Assembly: GCA_043228905.1 (NCBI GenBank) | Contig: JBHGNT010000003.1 | Span: 1,860,001 to 1,924,000, forward strand | Length of the DNA stretch: 64,000 nt | DNA from: Azolla caroliniana | Lineage: Eukaryota; Plantae; Polypodiophyta | Direction of reading: 5' to 3' | Shown: positions 36,201-48,490 of the stretch, piece after piece | Layout: each line of letters starts with the position of its first letter | Numbering within the stretch: position 1 is the first letter of the stretch | The notes under the pieces: generated by a model | The model's database searches: none | What the model was told of the DNA's origin: nothing | What the model saw: the letters and a program-made list of their open reading frames with translations, nothing else | Translations under genes and position numbers: made by a program

Positions 36201-39035
36201 CAAAAAATTAATGACTAAATCACCCCGAACAACATAGCTAAACATATGCTCATAGTTATAATTAATGGTCATCGCTATGGTTATATTATCGATACAAACA
36301 AGCATCAGCTAACCCCTTGAATATATTCAATGGAATGGGTGACTATGGAGTTAATGTAGTTGATGACAGCTATGCATGTATATAAGACAACCTTTATGCT
36401 GGGCAAACTAAGGTTTTCATAACAATTCAAGCCCATAACTATATATGTATCAGCTATCAGCTTTCTAAGGGGCAAACGAGATGCGCTCTGCCATATCTTA
36501 TTTGTTTCTTTCATTTTATCTGTGATGTGCAGGTCCAATTGGTGCAGATTAACAAGGTATCAGTGCTGTAGAGGTCTTACTCGCATCTAGCACAATAACA
36601 GATAGAAGAAGAATTCAGTGGATGCAGCAACAATTACGTAATGGATGTTTTGTGCTTGACCATGTGAAGTAGATGGCATCTACAAGTGGAATCGGACCAC
36701 CTAGTAGACCTCTAGTGTTTTTGGAGGGCAAGCTCCAAAAAATAAACTTCACATTGGAAGTTCAAGATGAAACTCTTGGATTCCTACAGGCTTCTGGATA
36801 CTCTGCTCATATTCGACACGGATCAAGTCTAAACGTTGGATCCATATAAGTGTTGATCCTATCAACAGAAAACAATTTACAACCATGGAGAAGGCTGCAC
36901 AGATTCCATGTATACAATCGATAGGTGAATATGACATGCAGAATAAGACCAGATTCACGACCTAGAAATCACCTAGCCGTGGAGCAAATGGTGGGAGGAG
37001 AGGAGGTACTTGGGGTAGGATTGAGTTTGGTTAAGAATAGGCATGAAGGTACCAACCCAAATTTTGGTGGCCTATGCACAGAACTGCCACTCAAGTACAG
37101 AATCCCTACATTTCCTGACAGGAAATTTAGACATTACTTCAAGAAGAAGCCTTGTTGATAGAGATTTGGAATCAGCCAAATACAGATTCCACATTCTCTG
37201 TCAAGTGGATTAAGGGACATATGGCCAGATATTGCAAAATCAAAGGCCACAAATCTGCCACTTCTAGTCTGGGGACAATTATGAAGGCTTTCCTGCCTTC
37301 AACCGAAGGAGTGGAGCAGTGGAAAACAAAGAACACAGATAATGTCAAATCCAAAAGGCTTCACAGGGTAATGATCAAGTGTAATCATGACAAGATTCTT
37401 GATTCCTAGATAGAAGGAAGAGCTTGTACATCACAAATCGAAGAAGTCGGTTCCAGAACTTAGGGAACACTGACAGTGTGTTCATAACAATGAGAGACAA
37501 CCCGAACAGCTTTGCAGAGAGAAACAGATCATTGTTTATTGGCTCAAATGGGGGTAGGAGGGGGACAAAGTGTTTAGCAGATGTGTTGCTGGTTCCTCAG
37601 ATCCATTGGAATCTACTATTTGTCACTGTGTTGGCAGATGCTTATTGTGAACCAAACTTCCATGAATTGGATGTGAAAATCCAAAACAGTACAGAACAAG
37701 TAGTTTGGATCTACAAAGAGAAAGATTAATATGTCTGAGCTGACTGCATTAGTGCAGGAGGAGTGCAAGTGCATAATGGGTGAAATTACTGAGGACTTGA
37801 ACAAGAGAGGATGAGTTTATTTGAGTCTTCTAGGCATAGTGTTTGAGGATGTCGATGTTCTTCAGAGATGAACATCAAAGTATTTAGGCATTCCTGACTT
37901 CATGGGTGTGCAAATGCAAACATGTGTAGGTATTTCAGTGTTTGTAAGTTCTGGTGGCATTTCTAGTATCAGAGTTTCTCAATATTTCACCAGACTTACA
38001 TGATGGGCGAGCAAACATCAGATGTCTTTTTGGCATTAAGCTTAGAACAGAAGAAATGTGTTAGGAGTCATCCAACTTCTTCCTGATTGTTTACAATCAT
38101 AATATGAAGACATGGGTATATTATCTTAAGAAGAGGGCCATGGCTTTTGGGAAAAGTTTAACTATGGTAGTGGATGCTGGAGAAGGTGGAACATCTTCAG
38201 ACAGATCGAGGGGTGATTTCTTACCGAATGAATTTGATCAAAATATTCACAGGAAGTTCACAGATTTATGCACCATAGAACAGAACGGGGTAATGGAACA
38301 GAGGATTAGTGATGCTAAAACGCTCTGCAATAAATTCTATGTTTATTACATTTTTCATTTATAGTCATACTTTGGATTGTAACCACAGTCAAGTCCTCTG
38401 TAAAACATTACATGTTTCTTCCATCACATTTATACTATAAGCATATGCTCATCACATAAATTAATACCATTGTTCATCTCAAATAATATGAGTGCACATA
38501 GATTAACACAGATTAATGTCTTATTCACTCCAAACAATATATTTACAAATAGCTCACACACCAAGGAATCAATGGCTTTCAAGACATATTTACACTCACA
38601 ATACTTAATTCGCCCTAAATAACAAAAGTTATGATCAGATTATAAAAATTTCTTCTTATATCAAGCTCTCTAATATAGCAACTCTCCAAATATAGGAGAA
38701 ACAAAAGGAAAGAAAAAAGAGAGAAAGAAAGAACACATTACCTTGGTAAGAAGAAAATTTGGAAAGACTTGAGTAGATGTTAAGTACATCCCACAGCAAG
38801 GGCAGTTTTTTCTGTTGTTGAGGTGGGTAGTGATACACATGTAGCAGAAGCTATGGCCACATGAAGTAGAAAAAGCATCTTTCATAGTCTGAAAGCAAAT
38901 TGGACATAGTATATCTTTATCGAGCTCCCTCTTATTGTTAGCCTCTGTATTCTCTGATTTCACTACTTCTGCTTTCACACCTGACACAGACGGAACATGG
39001 ACACCCACTGAACCTTCTTCACCAGGTGGGTCCAT
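30272..39035 (-). CDS. COP1: E3 ubiquitin ligase COP1 (RING, coiled coil, WD40), ~685 aa, 13 exons: 38742-39035, 35373-35450, 35109-35264, 34067-34462, 32996-33165, 32840-32905, 32630-32708, 32384-32539, 32198-32296, 31608-31712, 31063-31242, 30579-30689, 30272-30439
   Basis: [89 protein letters not shown]. All introns GT-AG; exons sum to 2058 nt in frame. Confidence 0.96.
36560..38330 (+). pseudogene. Degraded Ty1/copia remnant in COP1 intron 1, antisense to the gene
   Basis: [17 protein letters not shown] (copia protease region); SDRSRGDFL...[10 protein letters not shown] (cf. SDRGGEF / PQQNGVAER); many disruptions. Confidence 0.7.
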
Positions 39036-40232
39036 GGTGGAAAGAGAACAAACACCGAGAAACAAAACACCAACCCTAATCAAGTCCTAAAACTAATTGG
39101 TGGGTTTTACTTGGGAGCTCAGACCTTTGAATTGAATCAAGAAAACAACGGAAATCCTGATGTTAACCGTACTCGAGAATTGCGTGACAACTCTGATCTT
39201 TGCATTGAAACAACGAAATAGATCAAGCCCCAACCCTAATTGGGCATTATTCGAAAATTCTGATCTTTGAATTATACAACGGAAACCCTAACCCTATCTA
39301 GAGAAACCAAGCAAACCGTGCGCACAGCCCTATTGCAAAACGCAAAATCCCAATTGGGCGATTAATGTGCTAACAGAAAAAAAAGGTCAAATAATTTAGC
39401 CCAAATCCGTCGGATGATTGCTCTTCGTATTAACTCAATAAAAGCAGACCAAACCCTTAGCCTAAAAATGCTTGATGGCACGGGACCTCTGCTTCTCTGC
39501 ATTCATAAAACATCATCATCCTGAAGAAGAGGGTGAGGACAACCCAACCCTAAATCTGATCAAATCAGAGATGGATCAAACTGAAGATTAGGGTTAACAA
39601 GATCAGGAAGGATTGGGGGGGGGGGGGAGGATTGGGACTGATAAGCAAAACGAGAGAAATTGATGAGCAGAGAAAGAGAGAGAAAAAGGAAGGGGGAGGG
39701 GGAGGCGAACCCATGTGTATTGTTATCTGTCACAATTTTTGGCATCCATTCTTCTGACCACATATTTTCTCTCAAAGGCCCCCATTTCACACATGTTCCT
39801 AATGGCCACTCAAATTTCACACATGTTCCTAATGGGCACTCAAAGCCAAAGCCAAAGCCAAAGCCAAAGCCATCTCTTCTCTTTTGTCTCCATCACACAC
39901 CATTACACACATTACCATACATTAAATTACCAATACCTACTCTTCTACCTGTCACACTCTCCATTCCTCGCGGACTCTGTCTATCTTTCCCTAATTCCTC
40001 CACTTGTTCACATTCTCGTATCATCCACTTGCATATCTAGGCCTTCACCACTTGGTCACTTAGATCATCCGGTCCTACTATTGTTCCTACTGCTCCTGCT
40101 CTTGTCCATACCTTATCATCAGTATGTGTCCCTTCAGGGATTTGCTCTGACCAGTCGCATGGATGGATGTCCATGCCCATGTCCATGTGGTGGTGGGTTC
40201 TCTTCTGATGGGTTGTATGCCAAAGTGGGACC

Positions 40233-40490
40233 TAGGAATCAGCAAACCAAACTGCTTAAGCTTAAACCGGTTTGGGAGTTTCCAAACCTAAACCGGTTTA
40301 GCCAAGCCGATTAAGCCTTAACCGGACTGGTAACCCCGGTTTGGCCCAAATCGGTTCGATTTGGCTTGAGCAATCCCAAACCAAGCTCAACCTGGTTAAC
40401 GAAGCTCAAACCTGAACCAAACCGTCAAACTATTTAAAAACGGTTTAACAATTCAGTTTAGGCTTTGAGCCAAGCCATTGCCGATTCCTA
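40233..40490. mobile_element. hAT-type MITE upstream of COP1
   Basis: TIR TAGGAATCAGCAA / TTGCCGATTCCTA; degenerate 8-bp TSD GTGGGACC / ATGGGGCC; internal AAACCG/CGGTTT repeats. Confidence 0.75.
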
Positions 40491-40649
40491 ATGGGGCCTA
40501 TCCCTAAGGTATGTATGGTCCTCTATTTTGACCTATTGTCATGACATCAATCATGGTTTACAACAAGATGTTTGGGACATAAAATCCCTGTTGATTGATG
40601 TGGTAGGCTCAGATCGATTGTGAATAACATGTGGCCTATCCCTTAGCCA

Positions 40650-40998
40650 TGTTTAACAATTTCAATCGTCAGAAATTGCGGTTTAAACGGTTTTTTATTT
40701 TTTTTATTTTTAAAAAAAAAATAAAAATTGTTTTTAAACAATCTTTTCATTTTTAGACCTTATTCTCACATTTTAGAAACATCTTTAAAATTAAAATAAT
40801 TTAAAAATAAGGAAATATTATAAAATTTAAAATTTAAAATTTGACCTAAGTTGAAAACCGAAACCGCAGTTTTTACGGTTTAGTGGTTTGAAACATGTTT
40901 AACAGTTCGGTTAAACGGTTTCATGGTTCGGTTCAGGTTTCAAAAACATTTAATGGTTCAGTTTGGACCCTCTCAAACCGAACCATTGCTGATTGTTA
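40650..40998. mobile_element. Second related AACCG-rich MITE remnant
   Basis: CGGTT/AACCG repeats ending CCATTGCTGATTGTTA, similar to the 40233 element end; left end unclear. Confidence 0.45.
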
Positions 40999-41164
40999 GC
41001 TACCTGCATTGTCTTCATTTTGTTGCTTTTGAGTATTGTGATCATTGTGTTTATGATAAACATGTTCAAACGTCTCATAAAATGTCTTTTTGCTAAAATC
41101 TTCATTTGTAACGTTAGTACATTCAGATTTATGTCAATTGTCAAATGTTAGAATTATCTTTAGT

Positions 41165-41285
41165 TGGGAAGAAATACTTTGTCATTTTTGTTGATGATGT
41201 TGCACAATTGGGTTTACTCTACTTATAGCAAGGATGAAGTGTTTGAGAAGTTTAAAAAGTTATTGTCATGGGTTGAGTGTCATAT
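41165..41285 (+). pseudogene. Copia integrase fragment
   Basis: GKKYFVIFVDD...KDEVFEKFKK...WVE. Confidence 0.6.
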
Positions 41286-43393
41286 TGATATTGTGGACAT
41301 GTGAAGAAGCTTTTTCATGTGGGCCTAGGTAGACCACCCATACCCACTCCGTTATTCAAATTTATGTACAATGAAAGACACCATTACGAAATTGGGTTAT
41401 TTTCCCATTTTTGCATGAACCAAGAAACTTCAATAGAATCCGCATCTCTTAATCTTGTAATTCGATGCTCTTCCTTGCTTAATAGACCATTATCAACTAC
41501 ATACAAGCCAAATTTCCCCTAGTGCGGGTCTCAAAGAAAAATGAGAACTCAATGAATTCCTCCAAGACAAGTCAACATGAAGAGGATGCAAAGGGTTCCA
41601 TGGTGGCCACAAGAGAAGTCAAAAGGGTTCCTGTGTAGGTAGTGTTCACAATAGAACACATTGAGTTCTATCATGGAGCCATGTTAGAAGCCTCAATCAA
41701 GGGTTCCTTCGTGGGTAGGCCCCATAATAGAACTCATTGAGTTCTATGGTCTACAACTTGCCACAGTAGAACTCGTTCAGTTTTATCATGCATGGCTTTT
41801 GCTTTACACCTAACAATACTATAGATCAATAACACTATTGCATGGGGATACGCCCCATCATCTATTGCAGACAAGGAGGTCAACATCGAGCATCCTTGTT
41901 GTTTGCCCTACCTGAACCAAGGCTCAACTCAAGGTCGACCACCCAAGCTTAAGGACCAAGGTTCAAACCTCTTCATCCCCAAAAAGCCAATTCACACACA
42001 TTAATAACTAAAAGTTAAAACTACAAACTATCCCTACATGCTTTGAGGATTCCTAAAGTTTCCCATACCCACACAATTTTCGAAAAAGAAAACACAATCA
42101 CACATTTACACATACTCTTGCACATACAACCACATCCACACACATTCATCAAAACACATGCACACTTATATACATATGACACAGATACCCACTTTACTTA
42201 CACTTAATACTACATTTATGCAAAAGCATACGCACCATTAGAAAAGCTCACAATCATACCTAAATTGCACACACATTGTTACCAATATATACACGAATCC
42301 AAATCAATACAAAATTATTCAAAATGCACATTTGCACATAGGACATGCACACAATAGATATTCAACATGACACCTACACCCATGAATTCGACACCAAGTG
42401 CACACATAGACATACAGAAACACAACTATCATTTATGAACACACCACCCCACACCTTCTTGGGCACACACACTCGAACACACTTGCCATACAAGCACATT
42501 AAAACAAAATAAATCACATTTGTGCACTCCTCTACACACTTGGTTCTCACGGGAGCAATTCTAAGTGCACCATCGAGTAAAATATATGAGTGTGGGCTTT
42601 ATACCACCTGAATATCCGATTTCAACAAATTCTAAAACACATAATCTTCAACCATGTCTTCCTTGGTTCAAGACCCAAGAGATCCCACTTAGCATTTCAT
42701 ATGCACTTGCAAATTTATGCCACAATTATAGATGTGATGGTGTGGTCAGCCGCATATAGCTAATGGTGAGTAATGATGGTGGCAAATATTAACTAGAACA
42801 TGGGAGGTCAATGACTCCAAAAAAATGGTTTAATTTTGTTGTTATCTAAGATAAATGAGAGGGAGAATTAGGAACTAGATGAGGACACTAGAAACAATGA
42901 GGTTGAGAGGTTTACTCGATGATTTTATAACATAAATGCATTCTACCAAACAAAGATTGAACTAATCTCTTTTATTTTATCATTTAAACCTTACTCATTG
43001 GTCAATTTGTGAAACCATATGCACAATAGAGGTAGTGTCATACAATATGTCTACATCCAAACCATAACCATCTAGATTGTGGCCAACCATATGGTAGCCC
43101 ATGAACTAATGGGCCTATCTTCCACCTGGTTAATTCCATCAATTAATGTCGGGGGTATGCGCATAAAACCATATAACCTTTGAATGTTACAATAAGGACC
43201 CAAAGAAGGAATGTCATGTGCTGAAATATGGTGGATGGCATGAAACTTTTGAACCCCGAGTTAAAGATTGGTTCTTGAATGATAACAAAAAATTTATTTA
43301 ATGGACATTGAATTGAAGAGCGATAGTTTTACATTACAATAGCACAAGCAATCCGAATACATGATATACAATGAGTTGCCCAAGAATGCATTT

Positions 43394-46300
43394 CTATGCA
43401 GTCTTAGCTCCCTCTGGCAATGGAGGTGGTGATTTCTGCATGATGTTAAAATGATTTTAGTTGTTCTCTCAAACATCAAGATTTTACTAAATAGATACAC
43501 GAATTTGTTCTATTATACCTTTTTTTCCTCTTCGATCTGAGCCTTAATAAGCGAGTACATTGCTACCCCTATTATAGCAATGGCTGTGCCTATTGCGGTT
43601 TGAGTGGAGATTTTATTGCCTACATCAGAGAAACCCAAGAAATTGTTCACTTTTGACTCACTTGCCACCATTACGGAGTGAAAAAAACTTAGAAGAACCA
43701 GCAATGCACTAGAGATAAGTACATACCAAATACAACGATTGAGAACCCAATGACGAATACTCTCTTAAGGACGTTTCCAACAGCATGGGTAAGAGGAGCT
43801 ACTCTCTCCAGTGTATTGGTCGCAAGCTAAAAAGATAAGTTCAAACCAGTCTTTTAGAAAAAATTAAGTATATATAGGAACAAAAGGTGTGGCACTGAGA
43901 GATTGTCCTACTGGTTTGGACCATTGCCACATAGGTCAAGAGTTTGACTCCCACCCCTACTCTCAATCTCCATTAAGAAAGAAAAGAAATATGCCGACTT
44001 AAAATGAATTGAGTAGTGCATATAGAATATGGTTTTGAAAGACATTACCTGATTATATAAGTGATAGAACATACCGACCCAGAATAGGTCAGATATGAAC
44101 CTTGTCAAACCGACCTTAGCAATGGCATCAGCAAATCCAGATTTGAGTAGTGCTGGTCCCTCTAGCTGGAAATAAATTAGAAGAACATTTCTCTCAATAT
44201 AAGAAATTAAGGTTTAGAGTTTCAACATTCCCGTCCGAGAAATTAAAACATATAAATAAGGTTCACGGTTCAGGATTTCTCCTCCCCATTTGGGAAGCAT
44301 GTATGTTGGTCTACTTGATTGAGAAAGTTCAAATTTGGTAGACTTTTATTTCATCTTTAAGCTTTTTGTAACTTACCACGATAGCCGGTGGGATGCAAAA
44401 CAGCAAGGCAATGATTGAAATATAAGCATAAACATTTGTGCTATCCATTCCTGTCTGCAAAAAGAGATAAGGTTTTCTCTCTAAGCACTAATCTTTAAAA
44501 GGGAATAATAAAGTCAATCGAATATGTATGTGTATAAACACACACATATATACTATAAATCCATGCATGCATACACACATATACCTACATGCATACATAT
44601 GAATATGTGCATGCATACACCAACATGTGTGTATCTACATGTATGTATGCATTCTTGTAATACATTATTTTACTCGTGGGAGATCTCAATGTGAGCAGAA
44701 AACCCACGAAAAATTGCCATATATATAATACAAGGCTACTGCAAAGGCTGCTATTTACAAGTGGAGGGTCTATATATGTGTATGTGTGGTGTGTTCTCAC
44801 CATTGCTTTCTTCGAGTATATGCTACGATAGGTAAATGCGATGTTTGATGTCATTGCACTTGTGAACCCCAACCAATTGAAGGAGAGTTCGGTCATCGAT
44901 GCCATTGACACACCTATGAATAGTAATCACACATCATATCATATTATTGAAACCTACATCCAAAATAGTGCCAGACGTGCACACAATGGATAAAATACTT
45001 ACCGAACACGACTGGAGCAAGAGAAAGCCAGAGTGTGAAAGGGATTTGTTGCCCAAGAATAAACTGAGAAGCGGCAGCGTTGAAGAAGGGCTCCAAGGCT
45101 GAAAACAACAACAAATGAGTTAATGCCTCAAAATGGATCTAAACATGACGATAATGTTAATTATCCAGTAAATACCCAACAAGTTAGGGGTATTTTTTGG
45201 CATTTTTCGTTGAAAACAAATGTGTTGAGATAAAATTAAGACCTTTAACTGTATGTGTGAAAGAGACAGCAACAGCTGCAAATGAGACATTGCTCATCAC
45301 ATGACCCAATGCATGGCAGAAGGCCACTGGAGTGAGAACGCCTAAAAGCTCATTGTTCATAGGCTGAAAGAAAGAAGAAAATCACATTGACACACAGAAT
45401 ATATATGAAAAAACTAATAAAAATGTTAAAATATCCAAAAGTATATGTATACAAAATTTACCGCTCTTTTCGGGAGTCCTACAGCCCAGGAAATAGCACA
45501 ATACACAACTCCAACAAGCAAATGAATGACAGATACAAAGCTAAAATAAAATTTCAAGGAAGTTTTTTAAATTTCAAAATACATAATGAAGTGCAAGAAA
45601 GCTATATATTTATTTTGAGTAATTTCAGCACTTACTAAGGATAGGGGAAGTAATTGTAAATCTTTTTATTCAGGATGTTGAATATAACATTCAAAAAATA
45701 CCTAGAGCAAATCAAGATTGCACCAGAGAGTTATAAACAAAATCTGTAAAAATCGTTGGGCAACAAAAGACATCATGCACATTGGACAAGTACATATCAT
45801 GCATGTAAGTATGCGGATATATGGCAAGTATACATTATTCAAGAATGTATACCCATACATTCATATTACCAATACATACAAATGGCATACTTCTACTACG
45901 AAATTCATAAAACATATTACAATGTACATGCATCTCCATGCATATATTATACAGGTATGTATGCACATGCAAGTATAATGTATGCATTATACATGTACAA
46001 GCATCATACAACATACATGTATGTATGGGCATTCATGCATACATCATACATGTATATTTCCATGTAGTATGCATGCACGTCATACACTATTCATTACGCA
46101 TGTTCCTATATGTCATATGTATGCATCCATACACAGCACCACAAAAAAATATAGTCCTACAACATAAAACGTTGACCTGTACGTACCACATGAAGAAGAA
46201 GGAACCAGTAATAAGTGCAGGATATTTGCTCAGGAAGCCCTCCGATGATTTAGGAATGGCACTGCATAGGTCAAGGACAAAAGTTACGAAAAAGTATCAA

Positions 46301-46968
46301 AGCTTAGAAATAACTATTAAAAAATGAATAGGAACCACAACACACAAAAAAACTTAAAACTATCTTGGGCAATTCGGGAGTTCAACTCTTGCCTTGAACC
46401 CCGATTGCTGCATTTAGGGACTACAAAAGAGACAGTATAGATGATTATGTTACAAGAGTTTGAGATATTTTCCTATTTGGGAAAAAATCCTCTTTCCCTA
46501 ATGTTTCCCTATAATGTTCAACATTATGAGTTTCTGGAGTGAAAGATGAAAGTATGCCTAGCAAAGGTACCCATACTGGAAAGAGCCCTTATCTCACTTT
46601 CCCTCATGTTTCCCTAACAATGTTTAGCGGTATGAGCTTCTGTAGGCGAGATACGGCGCCATACCAAGTCACGACAGTGGCCATGTAGAAAAGAGATTAC
46701 TTGTCCTCATGTTTCTCGCCTACAGTATTTGACATTATCAACTTTGGAGGCGAAGGTGGGATGTCAGAGGAAAAATTCATAAGACTTTTGAAAGTGTCCA
46801 AATTCCTCTCATGTTTCCTTGCAGAATCAACATTATGAGCTTCCTGAAGTCAAGACAAGGCTCGACATAATCCATCCTTGCCTCCAGGACCTCTACTAGC
46901 ATTAGGTCTAAATGCATTATGCCCGGACAATATCATCAAGTGAAAGATTCAAAATTTCTTGTGCATGA

Positions 46969-47022
<54 letters not shown>

Positions 47023-47312
47023 CAGTCGAATACATACCTCGTGGATGGCTCACCTCCACCTTCATTAGAGGTAGCTGAGCATACAGGTGACCGAAACAAA
47101 TTCTTGTTCGGTATCGGTGCTGATGCAGATAAGGACTTTGCTACTAGAGCCTTTCCATAGAATAAAGATCTTGGGGTAGAATTAATAACTGGATTGGATT
47201 CGAACTTGGGTTGATGAAGATTGGCTCTATTATACAAGCCCAAACCTAATGGCATTGTAATGGGTTTCTTTTCTACACAACCACTAATGCCCCTGTTCAG
47301 CATAGAAGCCAT
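43394..47312 (-). CDS. TPT: Plastid triose phosphate/phosphate translocator, ~420 aa, 12 coding exons: 47038-47312, 46187-46261, 45636-45701, 45462-45540, 45243-45363, 45003-45098, 44801-44913, 44377-44454, 44049-44165, 43727-43826, 43519-43619, 43394-43435
   Basis: Transit-peptide-like exon 1; [81 protein letters not shown] introns; 1263 nt in frame. Confidence 0.95.
46495..46860. repeat. Four diverged ~103-bp tandem units in TPT intron 1
   Basis: ATGTTTCC...CATTATGAG..TCTG motif at ~46501, 46605, 46708 and 46810. Confidence 0.6.
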
Positions 47313-47730
47313 GATTCTCTACAAAAGAGGAGGGGCAGGGGTAAATAAACAAGAATCTGCAAAACACGATGACACGAGATTAGTGGGTTTTTTGTTATAC
47401 TCATTTATGCTTTAATCCATTGTCAGGGTATCTAAACAATCGAGAATAAGATTTAGCTCCAGCATTAAGAAGTTATGTGAAGAAATCAATCAAAAATCAA
47501 GGAATATATGTATGAATGTATGTAGACATACATACATATGTATATGGAGAGAGAAGGGGAGGGGATTAGATATGATATAAAGCGGAACAGAGTACAACAT
47601 ACCTTGCTAAGGAGGTATTCAATTTCAATGAATGAAGAGTTTTCCTGCCATAGAACCCAGAAAAACTAAAGGCAAAGGGGGGCGAGGATCGTTATAAAGA
47701 CAAAAAGGAGAATGAGTGAAGAAGCATGGA

Positions 47731-47740
47731 GTCCTTATCT
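47731..47740 (-). promoter_or_regulatory. I-box-like element (GATAAGG) upstream of the TPT 5'UTR exon
   Basis: AGATAAGGAC on the minus strand; a 5'UTR intron donor lies at ~47602. I-boxes are typical of light-regulated photosynthetic genes. Confidence 0.35.
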
Positions 47741-48420
47741 AATGTAGATAGAACATGATCCTCTCCCCACCCCCTTCTCAACAAGCCGAAGTGCACAAGA
47801 AAACAAAGTAAAGAAGAAATCTAAAATATCTCCTATCCTCTCCTTTATTATTAGATCAAACAAAAACATTCATGGATGAGTATTATACCTTTGTGTGCCC
47901 ACTCGAATCATGCCTACACATATGCTTTCCTAGTGGTATACATAGTTACCTCGAGATACTCTGGTTCCTATGGTCTACCTGTTAGCAAATTTTTATGTTC
48001 CCCAACTATATATATCATATTCATGTGCATAAGATGCATCCAGTTGCGAAACTTTGGAATTCTATTGCATTTTGTACAATTATTCCATACATAAGGTCCT
48101 AACAATGCTATATTTAGTTTGTTTTTGAAGGTTTCTATATCAACACTTTGGTTGACACATTTTTTCGGACTACATTCCACATCAATGTGAATAATATAAC
48201 TTTGAGATGGGAACCTTTTCTGTAATTCGATTGGTTCATTACATACAAGAATGATATATACAAAGTCCCTAGCAAAGGCAACTATGCTTTATACTAGAAT
48301 TAACTTCCATCGTATTTACAAGGTGAGCACAAAGTATTGCATCCTTGAACTAGTAATTGATCAATGCTACAAGCCATTGCATGAGATAAACAATGGAAGC
48401 TATTGTATAGAAGGGAGAGA

Positions 48421-48421
<1 letters not shown>

Positions 48422-48487
<66 letters not shown>
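48422..48487. repeat. (GA)n microsatellite
   Basis: Pure dinucleotide run. Confidence 0.95.

Positions 48488-48490
<3 letters not shown>

Noticed and set aside
45718-46167. Several His/Tyr/Met-rich ORFs
   Set aside because: Low-complexity ATAC/ATGT sequence within TPT intron 2.
30272-47312. COP1 and TPT as a light-related gene cluster
   Set aside because: Adjacency of two genes is not evidence of co-regulation; no shared elements seen.
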